Position numbers and translations under genes: made by a program. From Bernardetia sp. ABR2-2B (GTDB lineage: Bacteria; Bacteroidota; Bacteroidia; Cytophagales; Bernardetiaceae): a stretch of DNA of 64,000 bases. Under the pieces are notes generated by a model. It did no database searches. It was not told where the DNA came from and worked only from the letters and a program-made list of their open reading frames with translations. The stretch is from contig NZ_CP147020.1 in NCBI RefSeq assembly GCF_037126435.1, positions 1,587,293 to 1,651,292 on the forward strand, in the 5' to 3' direction. This document shows, piece after piece, positions 1-10,466 of the stretch; within the stretch, counting starts at the first letter, position 1, and each line of letters starts with the position of its first letter.

Positions 1-459
1 ATTGTGCCTTTGCGCTCATTTGCAAAATCAATAGCAAAAAAAACTACCGTTTTGGCAGGAACAGACGTAGGAGTACCTGCTATTATTCCTGGTCAAGGCT
101 TACACGAAGAGCTGAAAATGCTAGTCCAGCAAATGGGGCTTTCCAACTTACAAGCTCTTCAGGCTGCTACCGTAAATGCTACTCAAAATTTAGGATTACA
201 AAATGAATATGGCTTAGTGAAAGTAAATTATCAAGCTGATTTACTTATTCTTAATTCGAACCCCTTAAAGGAAATTACGAATACCTCTGATATATTTTCT
301 ATCATAAAAAATGGAAATATTATAGACCAAAATACAGTCAAGGAACGATTGATCAACATTGCTAAAAAGGTTGAAGAGAATACTAAAAACTATCAGCCCA
401 ACACATTATATCATCTACAAACTGTCTTAGAAAAAATGCGTAAAGCAGTACAAAAATAA
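1..459 (+). CDS. amidohydrolase-family protein, C-terminal fragment (5' end outside window)
   Basis: ORF runs from the window edge. The C-terminal motif pattern (…GTDVGVPAI…DLLILNSNPL…) is typical of metal-dependent amidohydrolase C-termini. Confidence 0.45.
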   Translation: MVPLRSFAKSIAKKTTVLAGTDVGVPAIIPGQGLHEELKMLVQQMGLSNLQALQAATVNATQNLGLQNEYGLVKVNYQADLLILNSNPLKEITNTSDIFSIIKNGNIIDQNTVKERLINIAKKVEENTKNYQPNTLYHLQTVLEKMRKAVQK

Positions 460-471
460 ACTTTAAAAACT

Positions 472-1149
472 ATGGAAAACTTCGTTCGATATACACTTTC
501 TTTCCACGTTTTGGTGGGAACTATCGCACTTATTACTGGTGCAGTCGCTATTCTTTCTAAGAAAGGCAAAAAGTGGCACAACCAATCAGGCAAAATCTAC
601 TTTTGGGCAATGACTTTAGTTTTCATTACTGGAGTCATCGTGGCAGGGTTCAGATTTAATCGCTTCTTATTTTTGATAGCTTTTTTGAGTTATTACAGCG
701 TTTTTTCTGGCGTTCGTGCTTTGAAATTAAAGAAATTACACAAAGACCAAAACCCAAAATGGTACGATTGGGCTGCAGGAGTTACCAATGGAACTGCCAA
801 TATTATTTTTATTGGATTGGGTTTGTATTACCTTTTTAGAGAAAATAATAATCTTGCTGGTGCATTGCTTTCTATTGGTTTCGGAATCGGAGGTTTTATG
901 ATTTCTTATACTAATCTCAAGTCTTTTATTATTCGTCCTACAAAACCATTTCACTGGTACACAGCACATATCGGCAATATGATGGGAGGTTATATTGCTA
1001 CTTTTACAGCTTTTTCGGCAACGGTAGTTTCTCGTTTTGATTTGATGAATCCATTTGTAGCCTTTGCTTTACCCCCACTTATTGGCGTTCCTATCTTGAT
1101 TTATTTTACAAGCCAAGTAGAGAAAAAATTTACAACTTCAGCTAAATAA
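472..1149 (+). CDS. hypothetical polytopic membrane protein
   Basis: 225-aa ORF with about 6 hydrophobic helices. No recognisable catalytic motif. Confidence 0.5.
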   Translation: MENFVRYTLSFHVLVGTIALITGAVAILSKKGKKWHNQSGKIYFWAMTLVFITGVIVAGFRFNRFLFLIAFLSYYSVFSGVRALKLKKLHKDQNPKWYDWAAGVTNGTANIIFIGLGLYYLFRENNNLAGALLSIGFGIGGFMISYTNLKSFIIRPTKPFHWYTAHIGNMMGGYIATFTAFSATVVSRFDLMNPFVAFALPPLIGVPILIYFTSQVEKKFTTSAK

Positions 1150-1202
1150 TTTATAACCAAATTTTACTATTAATTTAAAAATCATCTAACAAAAATAAAA
1201 CA

Positions 1203-2435
1203 ATGAAAAAAACGAATTTATTTACTCTGATTACTTGTCTGACTTTCGCTTTTTTTAGCTGTACGACAGACGAAGAAACCATTACTCCCATTACTTCAAA
1301 AGAAGAACTCACTACCTATTTACAAGAGGTTTATGAAGAGTCTGAACTTCCTGCTTTTTCTTTAGCAATTGTGAAGAATGGAGAAATTACTTATCAAAAC
1401 TCTTTTGGCTATCAAAATATTGAAAGTAGCAACCTATATACTAATAACACATTACAACCTATTGCTTCAATCAGTAAAACAATTTTGGGCGTAGCCACAG
1501 TCAAGGCAATAGAATTGGGTTATTTTGATTTGGATACTGACATTAATACAATTTTACCTAATCCAATCACTAACCCTAATAACCCTAATGACATTATCAA
1601 AGTTCGTCATTTGGTAACACATACTTCTTCTTTATTAGATGTTTCAGAAGCCTATGTTGATGTTTATTATATTCAAAATGGAGAAAACATAAATACAGAA
1701 GGAGCAGCTCTATTGCAAAGCTATATGGGAATAGAACAAAGAAATAAAAAATCTTTGGAAAGCCTGATTTCAAATTATTTTTATCCAAGTGGTTCGAATT
1801 ATTCTCTTGAAATATTTTCTACTTCAAAAGCTGGAGAAAAGTGGGAATACTCTAATGTAGCTTCCTCTTTGATGGCGTATTTGATTGAAATCAAAGCCAA
1901 TCAGCCTTATCATCAATTTGTAGAAGAACAGGTCTTTGAACCTTTAGAAATGAATGAAAGTACATATTTTCCATCATTGTCAAATGATAAATTAGCCACC
2001 TTATATTTTGATAAAAATACCCCTTTGCCTAAATATGGAAATGATTCTTATCCTGACGGCTCTGTTTTTACTTCCAATGAAGAACTTAGCTTATTTTTAT
2101 TGGCAATGATAAAAGGTTATCATTTTTCAGAGCCTTCTGTGATTTCATCAGAGGGGTTTGAAAGGTTGTTTGCTCCTCTTCTAGCTAGTGAAAAGCTAAT
2201 TTTACAGGCTCATGACAATCATGGCGTTTTTTGGGTACATGACAAAAATATTTTACAACATAGTGGAAGCGACCCAGGTACGACTTGTTTACTAGAGTTT
2301 TCAAAAGAAAAACCAGAAGGTTTTTTATTACTGACTAATAGTGATGCTTCCGTTGAAGAAACTCAACTAGTTTATAACCAAACAGCTCAAAAAATAAAAC
2401 AGGCTATCGCTTCTTTTCTAGATAGTGGTCATTAA
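1203..2435 (+). CDS. serine hydrolase, beta-lactamase/PBP4*-family lipoprotein
   Basis: Signal peptide with lipobox-like FFSC. SxxK motif (SISK) about 90 aa in. Overall class-C beta-lactamase-like architecture. Confidence 0.7.
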   Translation: MKKTNLFTLITCLTFAFFSCTTDEETITPITSKEELTTYLQEVYEESELPAFSLAIVKNGEITYQNSFGYQNIESSNLYTNNTLQPIASISKTILGVATVKAIELGYFDLDTDINTILPNPITNPNNPNDIIKVRHLVTHTSSLLDVSEAYVDVYYIQNGENINTEGAALLQSYMGIEQRNKKSLESLISNYFYPSGSNYSLEIFSTSKAGEKWEYSNVASSLMAYLIEIKANQPYHQFVEEQVFEPLEMNESTYFPSLSNDKLATLYFDKNTPLPKYGNDSYPDGSVFTSNEELSLFLLAMIKGYHFSEPSVISSEGFERLFAPLLASEKLILQAHDNHGVFWVHDKNILQHSGSDPGTTCLLEFSKEKPEGFLLLTNSDASVEETQLVYNQTAQKIKQAIASFLDSGH

Positions 2436-2491
2436 TCACTTTACACAATTTTTTAAATAACCTATTACTTAAACCAAAACTATATTTTTCA

Positions 2492-3232
2492 ATGAAATAT
2501 ATTCTTTCGTTTCTCTTCATTTTTATTATCTTGAATAATATTCAAGCCCAAATAGACACCGTAAATACACAAACCGATGTATTAGAAATCAAGCAACTTC
2601 AAGAAAGCAAAAATTCTTATATCGTCTATATTCAAGATTCTATTTATAAATCAAACTTTGAAATTTGGGATAGGACAGTTTCTAAAAATGAAAATACTTA
2701 TCAACTTCATTGGACAAGACATACCAACGATAAAGATAATTTCCATAAATACCTTATTACTTTTGATGAAAAGTTATGCCCTTTGAGCGAAAAAGTAGTT
2801 CATCAAGAACTGAAAAATGAAGAACAGTCTGTCGAAAAAAAGCACTTTATCTATGAAGAAAATAAAATGTATTCAGATAAGGATACTACGATTCACAATA
2901 CAGAACCTTTTGAAATAGATGATTTAAAACATTCATTCAACTGGGAACTAGATTTAGAAGTTTTGTCTGCATTGCCATTGGAAGAGGATAAACAATTTGC
3001 TATCAGCTTTTATCATCCTGCTTCAAAAACACCTCCTAAATATTACAAATATTGGGTAGATAGAAGTGAAGAAATTTCATTGAATAATAAATCAATGGAT
3101 TGTTGGGTAGTAAAAGTAATTTATTCAGAATATCAATCAAGTGAATTTTGGATTGATAAGTCTACACACCGTGTGCTTCAAATGAAGGAAGGCTTTTTTG
3201 GTAAATACCGATTTAAGAAATTGATACTCTAA
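2492..3232 (+). CDS. secreted hypothetical protein
   Basis: N-terminal signal peptide MKYILSFLFIFIILNNIQAQ and a 246-aa hydrophilic body. Two palindromic A/T hairpins lie downstream (3258-3300). Confidence 0.55.
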   Translation: MKYILSFLFIFIILNNIQAQIDTVNTQTDVLEIKQLQESKNSYIVYIQDSIYKSNFEIWDRTVSKNENTYQLHWTRHTNDKDNFHKYLITFDEKLCPLSEKVVHQELKNEEQSVEKKHFIYEENKMYSDKDTTIHNTEPFEIDDLKHSFNWELDLEVLSALPLEEDKQFAISFYHPASKTPPKYYKYWVDRSEEISLNNKSMDCWVVKVIYSEYQSSEFWIDKSTHRVLQMKEGFFGKYRFKKLIL

Positions 3233-3344
3233 CCTAAGTACATTGACTGAGTTTATAAAAAAGCTTTTTTTTATTTTATTTCTTTCTCTAAAAAAAAGAA
3301 ATACATCTCATATAATCAACCTTAATAGATAAAACTTAGAAAAT

Positions 3345-3746
3345 ATGGAAGTTTACAAAAGTAAGTATATGTTATTGGAATACTGGGAGGAGTATAATTT
3401 AATAGAACTGACTTGGTTACCTGAAACTGAAAACAAGACTGAGGAAGAGTATAAGGAAGAACTTCTAAACTATCTTGAATGTTGTATTATTTATAAACCC
3501 ACTGGACTTATTTCTGACACAAGGGAATACTTTTTTACTGTATCAATTGAGTTGCAGGAATGGACAAATACAACAGTTTTTACTCGCCTTTTAGAGCTAG
3601 GATTATCAAGAGTTGCTTTTGTAAGGAGTCCTGAATTGATAGCACAACTTTCCATAGAACAAACACTTGAAGAAAATGAAGGGAGTAAATTTACTACTCA
3701 GTATTTCGATAACAAGGAGTCTGCCAAAGAATGGATAATTTCTTGA
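3345..3746 (+). CDS. small hypothetical protein; paralog of 50447..50887
   Basis: 133 aa. Shares conserved blocks with the 146-aa protein at 50447-50887: WTNTTVFTRLLELGLSRVAFV vs WTNENWFPRLLEAGIRTAAVV, and C-terminal ESAKEWI vs EEAKKWL. Confidence 0.55.
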   Translation: MEVYKSKYMLLEYWEEYNLIELTWLPETENKTEEEYKEELLNYLECCIIYKPTGLISDTREYFFTVSIELQEWTNTTVFTRLLELGLSRVAFVRSPELIAQLSIEQTLEENEGSKFTTQYFDNKESAKEWIIS

Positions 3747-3957
3747 TAAATTGATAATAAAAAACTGTTTGGTTCTTCCGATATTTTAGCGACTTTCTTT
3801 TTCTAAGGTCTTCCTTCTATTTTAATTTGGTCAAGCCAGACCTTTAGTACAGACTTGAACAAAATACAAGCTTTTTACGCTAAACTGTCGGAAAACCAAC
3901 TATTTTAATAAACCTCTTTACTTCTTATCAATTTCTTACCACTATCTTTTAAAAAGA

Positions 3958-4488
3958 ATGCAAAGAACACTTGAAGAACAACGAATTGAATTTTTGAAGC
4001 GACCATTTCTTGCTACACCATTAGCAGGGTTAATTATTTGGACAGTAATTGGATTATTTGGATTATTTTCTTCTACTATTGTAGCAACATGGTCAATTTT
4101 CATTGGAACTGGCAGCATTGTATATCTAGGTTTCCTTATATCAAAATTTACAGGTGAGAACTTTTTAGATAAAACTAAGCCAAAAAATGAATTTGATGCC
4201 CTTTTCCTCTTCACAACAGCACAGGCGATACTAGTCTATTCAATTGCAATACCATTTTTTCTTATAGATTATTCTTCCCTTCCCATGACTGTTGGAATTA
4301 TGAGTGGATTGATGTGGGTGTCGTTCTCTTGGATTATAAAACACTGGGTTGGAATCTTTCATGCATTAGTTAGAATAATTACAATTCTTATTCTTTGGTA
4401 TCTTTTACCTGAATATAGATTTATAGCTATTCCATTTGCAATCGTATTAATTTACATAATCACACTAATAATCTTAAAGAATAGATAG
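3958..4488 (+). CDS. hypothetical membrane protein
   Basis: 176 aa with 4-5 predicted TM helices. Confidence 0.5.
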   Translation: MQRTLEEQRIEFLKRPFLATPLAGLIIWTVIGLFGLFSSTIVATWSIFIGTGSIVYLGFLISKFTGENFLDKTKPKNEFDALFLFTTAQAILVYSIAIPFFLIDYSSLPMTVGIMSGLMWVSFSWIIKHWVGIFHALVRIITILILWYLLPEYRFIAIPFAIVLIYIITLIILKNR

Positions 4489-4593
4489 AAAATAAATTAA
4501 AAGTCTATCAAAAAAATCTCAATTTTACTCCTTATACTGCTCTCAGAGCTTGCTTGAGCAAACTATTGATACAGTCACATATATTTAAAAACA

Positions 4594-5757
4594 ATGAAAA
4601 ATTATACTTCCTTTCTGCTTTTTGTTTTACTGACTTTTATTTCCTCTTGTTCCTACATCAAAAACGTAGGATTACTTTCAGGGGGAGAATTAAAAGCCAA
4701 AAATTTTGTTCAAGAAGTTCCATTTGAACTCAAAAAAGATTTGATTGTCGTAAAAGTAAAACTAAATGCTGACACCGTTTTACGTGAATTTATTTTTGAT
4801 ACAGGAGCATTTAATAGTAAAGTAGAGAATAATCTAGCAACTGGCTTAGGTTTAGAAACTGTTACGACTAAATCCAACTCAACAGCACAAGGAGTTACTA
4901 AAGAAATTGAAGTTACTCGTTTGGACTCTATCACTTTTGGAGAAACAGCCTTTTATAAAATTGGTGCAGGAAAGGTCGTTTACTCTGAAAAGTCAGCTAG
5001 TCCTTGCATTGCCAAACACGGGCTTATTGGAGCAAATTTAATGAAACTGGCGCATTGGAAAATCAATTATCAAAATCAAAAACTTTATTTTTCAGATACT
5101 CCTTTTTCTATGGAAGGAGAATATTATAGTTTGCCTTTCGAAAGTCCTGTTTTGTCTGGAACGCCAAAAATAAACCTAAAAATAGGAGAAAAAACTGTCG
5201 AAAATGTCCTTTTTGATGTTGGTTTTAATGGTGGTTTGGTTTTGCCTTTGTCTTTGGCACATCATTTTGAGAGTGAAGAAACTGAGATTATTTTAGATAA
5301 ATCTACTTCTGGGATTTATGGCTCAAATGAAGATTCGCTTATTGTAAAGAAATTAAAAGTAGAGTTAGGAGGCTATAAAACTGAAATACTGGTAGAGTTT
5401 TCAAAACTAGGAAAGGCTCTAATAGGAAATGAGTTTTTGAAGCACTTTACAATTTGTATTGATTATGAGGAAGACAAAATTTTGCTACAACCTCAAAAGG
5501 AAGTAAAAATAGAAGCTCCAACAAAATTTTTATTAGGAATGCTAAATGAATCGCTTTGGGTCGTCAATCGTACAAATTCAAAGTTAGATTTACAGTTGGG
5601 AGATACCGTTCTTTCAGTCAATAATCACAAGCCAAAAGATTTATTTTCATCGCATTGTGATTACATAATAAATGCTAAGAAAATGTTTGAAGCTGACACT
5701 TTAGTTTTGGAGATGAAAAATGGCGATAAGATAGAGTTGAAAGATTACAAAAAATAG
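4594..5757 (+). CDS. retropepsin-like aspartyl protease lipoprotein with C-terminal PDZ-like domain
   Basis: Lipoprotein signal (…FISSCSY). DTGA aspartyl-protease signature (FIFDTGAFNS). A second pseudo-repeat (FDVGFNGG). C-terminal GDTVLSVNN PDZ-like motif. Confidence 0.6.
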   Translation: MKNYTSFLLFVLLTFISSCSYIKNVGLLSGGELKAKNFVQEVPFELKKDLIVVKVKLNADTVLREFIFDTGAFNSKVENNLATGLGLETVTTKSNSTAQGVTKEIEVTRLDSITFGETAFYKIGAGKVVYSEKSASPCIAKHGLIGANLMKLAHWKINYQNQKLYFSDTPFSMEGEYYSLPFESPVLSGTPKINLKIGEKTVENVLFDVGFNGGLVLPLSLAHHFESEETEIILDKSTSGIYGSNEDSLIVKKLKVELGGYKTEILVEFSKLGKALIGNEFLKHFTICIDYEEDKILLQPQKEVKIEAPTKFLLGMLNESLWVVNRTNSKLDLQLGDTVLSVNNHKPKDLFSSHCDYIINAKKMFEADTLVLEMKNGDKIELKDYKK

Positions 5758-5800
5758 ATATTTTTGTAGGAAATAGTGTCAAACCATAAAACCTTCTACA

Positions 5801-6478
5801 ATGAAAAATGTAAATTTGCTTTTCTGTATTCTACCCTTTCTAGTTGTATTTATTGTTTCATCTTGCCAAAGTTCCAAAACAGTTAGTACAAGTAATAATA
5901 CTGATGAAACGAATTATGTTTCTCAAATAAAATCATTTCAAGAAGAAATGAACAGCAGTTATAAAAATGCTAAAGAATCTCCTTTGGAAGAAAGTGAGCG
6001 CAAAAAATTTCAATCATTACCTTTTTTCAAAATTGATGAGAGTTATAAAGTAGAAGCTGATTTTGTCAGAACAACTGATGGAAAACCTTTTGAAATGCAA
6101 ACCACAACAGACAGAAAACCAATTTATCAAAAGTTTGGAGAGGTGAGTTTTGAGTTACTTGGCAAAAGACATATACTCAATGTTTATCAAAGCCAAGATT
6201 TAAGTAAAAAAGAAGAATACAAAAATTACTTATTTTTACCTTTTACAGATTTGAGTAATGGACAAGAATCCTATTACGGAGGACGTTATATTGATTTGCA
6301 AATTCCAGAAAGAGAAGCAGCCGATGGACAAGAGTTAGATAAAATTACGATTGATTTTAATAAAGCCTACAATCCGTATTGCGCTTATAATCATAAATAT
6401 TCTTGCCCAATTCCTCCAAAAGAAAATCATTTGGATGTGAAAGTTTTGGCAGGTGTGAGTTATGAGAAAACAAAGTAA
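5801..6478 (+). CDS. DUF1684-family lipoprotein
   Basis: Lipoprotein signal (VSSCQS). The conserved C-terminal block NPYCAYNHKYSCPIPPKEN is characteristic of DUF1684. Confidence 0.6.
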   Translation: MKNVNLLFCILPFLVVFIVSSCQSSKTVSTSNNTDETNYVSQIKSFQEEMNSSYKNAKESPLEESERKKFQSLPFFKIDESYKVEADFVRTTDGKPFEMQTTTDRKPIYQKFGEVSFELLGKRHILNVYQSQDLSKKEEYKNYLFLPFTDLSNGQESYYGGRYIDLQIPEREAADGQELDKITIDFNKAYNPYCAYNHKYSCPIPPKENHLDVKVLAGVSYEKTK

Positions 6479-6511
6479 GAAGATTAGAAATATAACTTTC
6501 AAAACCTTAGT

Positions 6512-8184
6512 TTACTTCAATCTCAATACATAAGAAAATCCACCTCTAAACTCTTGGAAATCTTGAAAAGACTTTGAAGAATTAGCAATTAAAGAAGAAT
6601 TGAATGAAAAAGTATGACGTTTTTTGAGAGTTGTACTTGCCGTAAAGTTGGATTGAATGACATTTCCATCAGCAATTTTATCTACAATACTTTGATTATA
6701 GGAAGCATCAAAATTGAGTTGAAGAGTCTTTTTGAAGATAGATTTTCCTGCGCCAAGCGTAAAACCATACAAGAGATTTTCTAAGTTAGCAACTTCTACT
6801 CTATTAAAATTCAGCCCAGACATAAACGAAAAACCAGATTGCATATATTGTGTAGAATGATTCAATGAAAAAACTAAGGCTTTCATATCTGCAAAACCTT
6901 GTGTAAAAATATTAAAATCATTGACTTGTTGATAAACAGCAGAAAGTGAAATTGTATGCACCTGCGAAGTATCTTTGATGATGTTATAAAATGGAGAAAC
7001 ACTAATAGATTGAACAGTATTGCGAATACGCAAAGAATCTGAAAGTGGAATATTGCCTTCTTCTTGATTATTGGTATTGTTGGTATAATTGAAATTAACG
7101 CCGTAATGAGGTTTTGGAAGTAAATTTATATTCAAATTTCCGATAGTGCGCCAAGTCGTTTCAGTTCTTGTATTCAATAGATTATTTCGCATTATTCCAA
7201 TCGTTCCATTGACCAAAATTTTATTTTTAGCAAGTGAAATAAAAGGCGTAAGACTAATTCGTTCCATATCATTGGCAAAAAAATACGCTCCCAACGTTTG
7301 ATATTCTGGCATCACTCGTTCATAATCTAATTTCAAAGAATAGGATTTTGCTCTCCAAGCAAGACCAATTTTTCCTGCATACGAAACTCGTGAAGACGCT
7401 TTTGGGTCGACAATCGTATATTCAAAATTACGAAAAGAAGTAGAAGCCAAATCTCTTGTAAAAAAACTCACTCCTACATCTGTATCTAAAGTCAGTTTTT
7501 TGAAAATAGTCAGTTTTCCTACCAAGCCTAGAGCTATATTTTCAGCAGGTGTTACGCCTGTGCTATCTGTCGGACGAAAAATAGAAGTAGAATCATCTTT
7601 TGCTTTAAAAAACACCAAATCCACAAAGTTTTGAGTATTTCCATAACCAGCTTTTATAGCATAACCTTGACGTTTGTAGCGAGGAAGAGCCAAATCTTTT
7701 ACTTCTTGTTGTGGCAAATCACTATTAAAAATTCCATTCATTGCACCAAAACGAAATTTTCCAGTATTGATTTCTACGGCTGCTCCCAAAAAAGTATGAC
7801 CGTTTAAGGTATAATTTGAATAAGTCAAATTTCGGTAACCCAAATGAAGTGTCAAAAATTTCCATTTAGGACTCATTCCAAATTGAAAAAAGGGACGCTG
7901 AAAATCTAGTTGTTGTTTGCCTAGTGTATAAGAAAATGGCAAGTCTATGCCACCTTTCAAACGCAAACCAAAGTTTCCAGTTACATTCCAAAAAAAGGAT
8001 TAGAACGCTGTGGGATTCCACGCACTCCATATACATTAAAAGAAGAAGAAATTGAGCCGTACCAGTTTACAAGATTTGATTTTTTTTGAGTATTTGTTGA
8101 AGTAGAATCGGTATTTTGAGCTGTTGCAGTAAAACAAAGACAACAGAGAAGAGCCAATAAAAGTAGTTTAGATAATGATTTCAT
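6512..8184 (-). pseudogene. outer-membrane beta-barrel protein gene interrupted by a 1-nt indel in a T7 homopolymer (N-terminal 8184..7981 and C-terminal 7966..6512 ORFs)
   Basis: The N-terminal 67-aa ORF carries a signal peptide (MKSLSKLLLLALLCCLCFTATAQ) and ends …SNPFFGM*. The downstream frame reads WNVTGNFGLRLKGG… immediately after the T7 run (plus-strand A7 at 7990-7996). Inserting one T fuses the frames into a roughly 555-aa protein. The body is rich in alternating hydrophobic/Gly/aromatic beta-strand patterns. Confidence 0.6.
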
Positions 8185-8312
8185 AAGCAGTAGGAGTTAT
8201 TCTAGCGCAAGATTCTATCTTGTGCTTATTATTTTGTAAGCATATGCTTACGAAAGAGAGTGTCTAAGCAAGATGCTTGAACGAGAAAAGTTTTTTAAAG
8301 AAAAAGAAGTAA

Positions 8313-10403
8313 TTATCTTAAATCAATTTTTACTTGATTACTCAATTCAGATTCTGAACCGTCTTTATAAATCAATTTTATGACATAGACAAAACCTTTT
8401 TGATTATCATAAAGCGAATAATCTATGTATTCATTTTCTTGAATGGTCGTTAGTGCGACAAATTCAGCTTCTTGTTCCTTACGCAAAATCATCACTTGAA
8501 AACCTTGCTCTTGCTTGTCTTTCCATTCTTTTCCTTCCCAAAACAAACGTAATTGCTTTTCCTTTTTCGAAAACTCTGCTTTTAGTGTTGGAATGAAATT
8601 TTGCTTTCCATTATCATAAAATTGAATTGGTGTAATGGTCGTAATGGCTGATAAATTTTCAGATTGGTCTTTTGCTTGGATAGCATATTGATACCATTTT
8701 GATTTTTCTGTTTTCTTATCCAAAAACTGGCTTGTTGTATCTTCAAAAGTTGCTAAAACCTGCCATTCATCACTCTCTTTTTCTCTTCTCAAAACAGAAT
8801 GCGAAAAAATATCTAAACTACTACTTCTTCTAAAATCTAGTTTAATTCCTTTTTCATTTACTTCATAAAAAGCAACAAAAGGCGAAGTTGGTGGAATAGT
8901 ATCAGGTTTAGATAATTCTAAAATTTCAGAATAATCAGACGCATTATAACGCAAATCTATTGCAGCAATTTTGTAATAAATCTTATTTGAAAGTGTATTT
9001 AAAGAAATTGTATCTAAAAAAATGTCATTTGCAATCGGAGAAACGGTCAGTTGTACAAACTCTCTTTCTTTTGCATTGGCATAATATACTCGGTAGCCTC
9101 TCAAATCTGCTTCTGTTCCTTCTTCCCACTTTAGCCTTACAACTCCCAAACTATCAATCGTTCCTTTTAGGTTTTTTGGTGTTTGAGGTGGAATGCTATC
9201 TACAAGCGTGTGCATTGCCGTCATTGATTTTGAGATATTTCCGTTTTTGTCGTGAGCATAAACAGTATAATAAGAATTAAAAACCTCTTCTGGATTTTTG
9301 TCTATAAATTCATTATTCTTACCTTTTGAGCGTATTGGCTTTTCATTGATATAAATAAATTCGTGTCCAACATCTAATGCTTTTGCTACAAAATACCCTT
9401 CTAAATCAGGTTGTTCGCCTATTGTTTCCCACATTATTTTTACAGAACCATCAGGTAAAGTTTCTGTAAAAATTCCACCAAAACCAGCAGCAGGAGATAA
9501 ATCAATTCCCTGTCCTTCTACCGTTTCAGAAGGCAAACCCATATCTCCAAACGGTGTAATCCCTGTTATTCTGTACGTTGCTTTTTGGTAATTTTGAGAA
9601 ACTGAATCTATATAAAAGTTGTAAGGAATATCTTGGTCTGTAATGCTTGGATTTTCATTTAATGTAAAAAAAGTCTTTCCATCGGTTGATTTTTCTATCT
9701 TAAAAGCTGAAAAAGTATCATTTCCATCTTTATCCCAAGTTATGGTTACTGCGTGTTCGCCTTCCTCCGTCGAAACTCCAATGACAGGATACGGCTCATA
9801 TTTTTCTGTAAAATCAATTCTTACAATCGCTGTATCTACTTCCATTCCTTCAATTTTTTGAGAAGGATAAATAGAATAAATAGCAAAACCCTCTGTTTTT
9901 TGAAAATTATCTTTGAAAGATAAACCCAAACCTTGAGCAGCTTCTTTCTCCATATCAGCCGACAACATTGCAAGAGCATAACGCATCTGTATTTCATTTT
10001 CCGTTTTTTTAGCCGTTTCAAAAGGCGAAGAAATGGCTGCTGTATTTACTGAAACTGTTCCATACATTGCTTCTGCTGCTGCTGTTACATAGGCATTTTC
10101 TGTATTGGTTTTGTTTTTCCATTCTTCTAATGAATATGGTAAAATAGGACTTTGCGTAATTTTTTCAGCTTTGAAATCATCACTATTAATATAAATTTTT
10201 TCAATGGTATAACCAATTTTATTTTTGTGCATTGTGCGCCAAAGCAAAGGTGAAGAAGGAGCAAAGCGCAACAACACTTCCGAGCCTGTAAAACGTCCCA
10301 TTGCTTGAATATTTACTGAATCTTTAAAAGGGTCATTATCTTGTGCAACTGCAAAAGAGAGAGAAACACCCAAAAAGAAGAGAATTAAAAATATATTTTT
10401 CAT
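8313..10403 (-). CDS. secreted multi-FN3 (fibronectin type III-like) repeat protein
   Basis: Signal peptide MKNIFLILFFLGVSLSFAVAQ. At least 5 repeats of about 90-100 aa with FN3 hallmarks (V.I.W…G…Y.V…YY.I.A.D..N.S). Confidence 0.6.
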   Translation of the reverse strand: MKNIFLILFFLGVSLSFAVAQDNDPFKDSVNIQAMGRFTGSEVLLRFAPSSPLLWRTMHKNKIGYTIEKIYINSDDFKAEKITQSPILPYSLEEWKNKTNTENAYVTAAAEAMYGTVSVNTAAISSPFETAKKTENEIQMRYALAMLSADMEKEAAQGLGLSFKDNFQKTEGFAIYSIYPSQKIEGMEVDTAIVRIDFTEKYEPYPVIGVSTEEGEHAVTITWDKDGNDTFSAFKIEKSTDGKTFFTLNENPSITDQDIPYNFYIDSVSQNYQKATYRITGITPFGDMGLPSETVEGQGIDLSPAAGFGGIFTETLPDGSVKIMWETIGEQPDLEGYFVAKALDVGHEFIYINEKPIRSKGKNNEFIDKNPEEVFNSYYTVYAHDKNGNISKSMTAMHTLVDSIPPQTPKNLKGTIDSLGVVRLKWEEGTEADLRGYRVYYANAKEREFVQLTVSPIANDIFLDTISLNTLSNKIYYKIAAIDLRYNASDYSEILELSKPDTIPPTSPFVAFYEVNEKGIKLDFRRSSSLDIFSHSVLRREKESDEWQVLATFEDTTSQFLDKKTEKSKWYQYAIQAKDQSENLSAITTITPIQFYDNGKQNFIPTLKAEFSKKEKQLRLFWEGKEWKDKQEQGFQVMILRKEQEAEFVALTTIQENEYIDYSLYDNQKGFVYVIKLIYKDGSESELSNQVKIDLR

Positions 10404-10466
10404 TGTTTTTTATTGATTAGAAACCGTCGTTGAGACTCAAATGCAGTCGTCAACGAGGCTTTTTAG

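Noticed and set aside
240-275. tRNA-like T-loop motif (GGGGTTCGAATT on the minus strand)
   Set aside because: It lies inside a well-supported CDS. No acceptor stem or anticodon arm can be built, and the motif deviates from GGTTCGAATCC.
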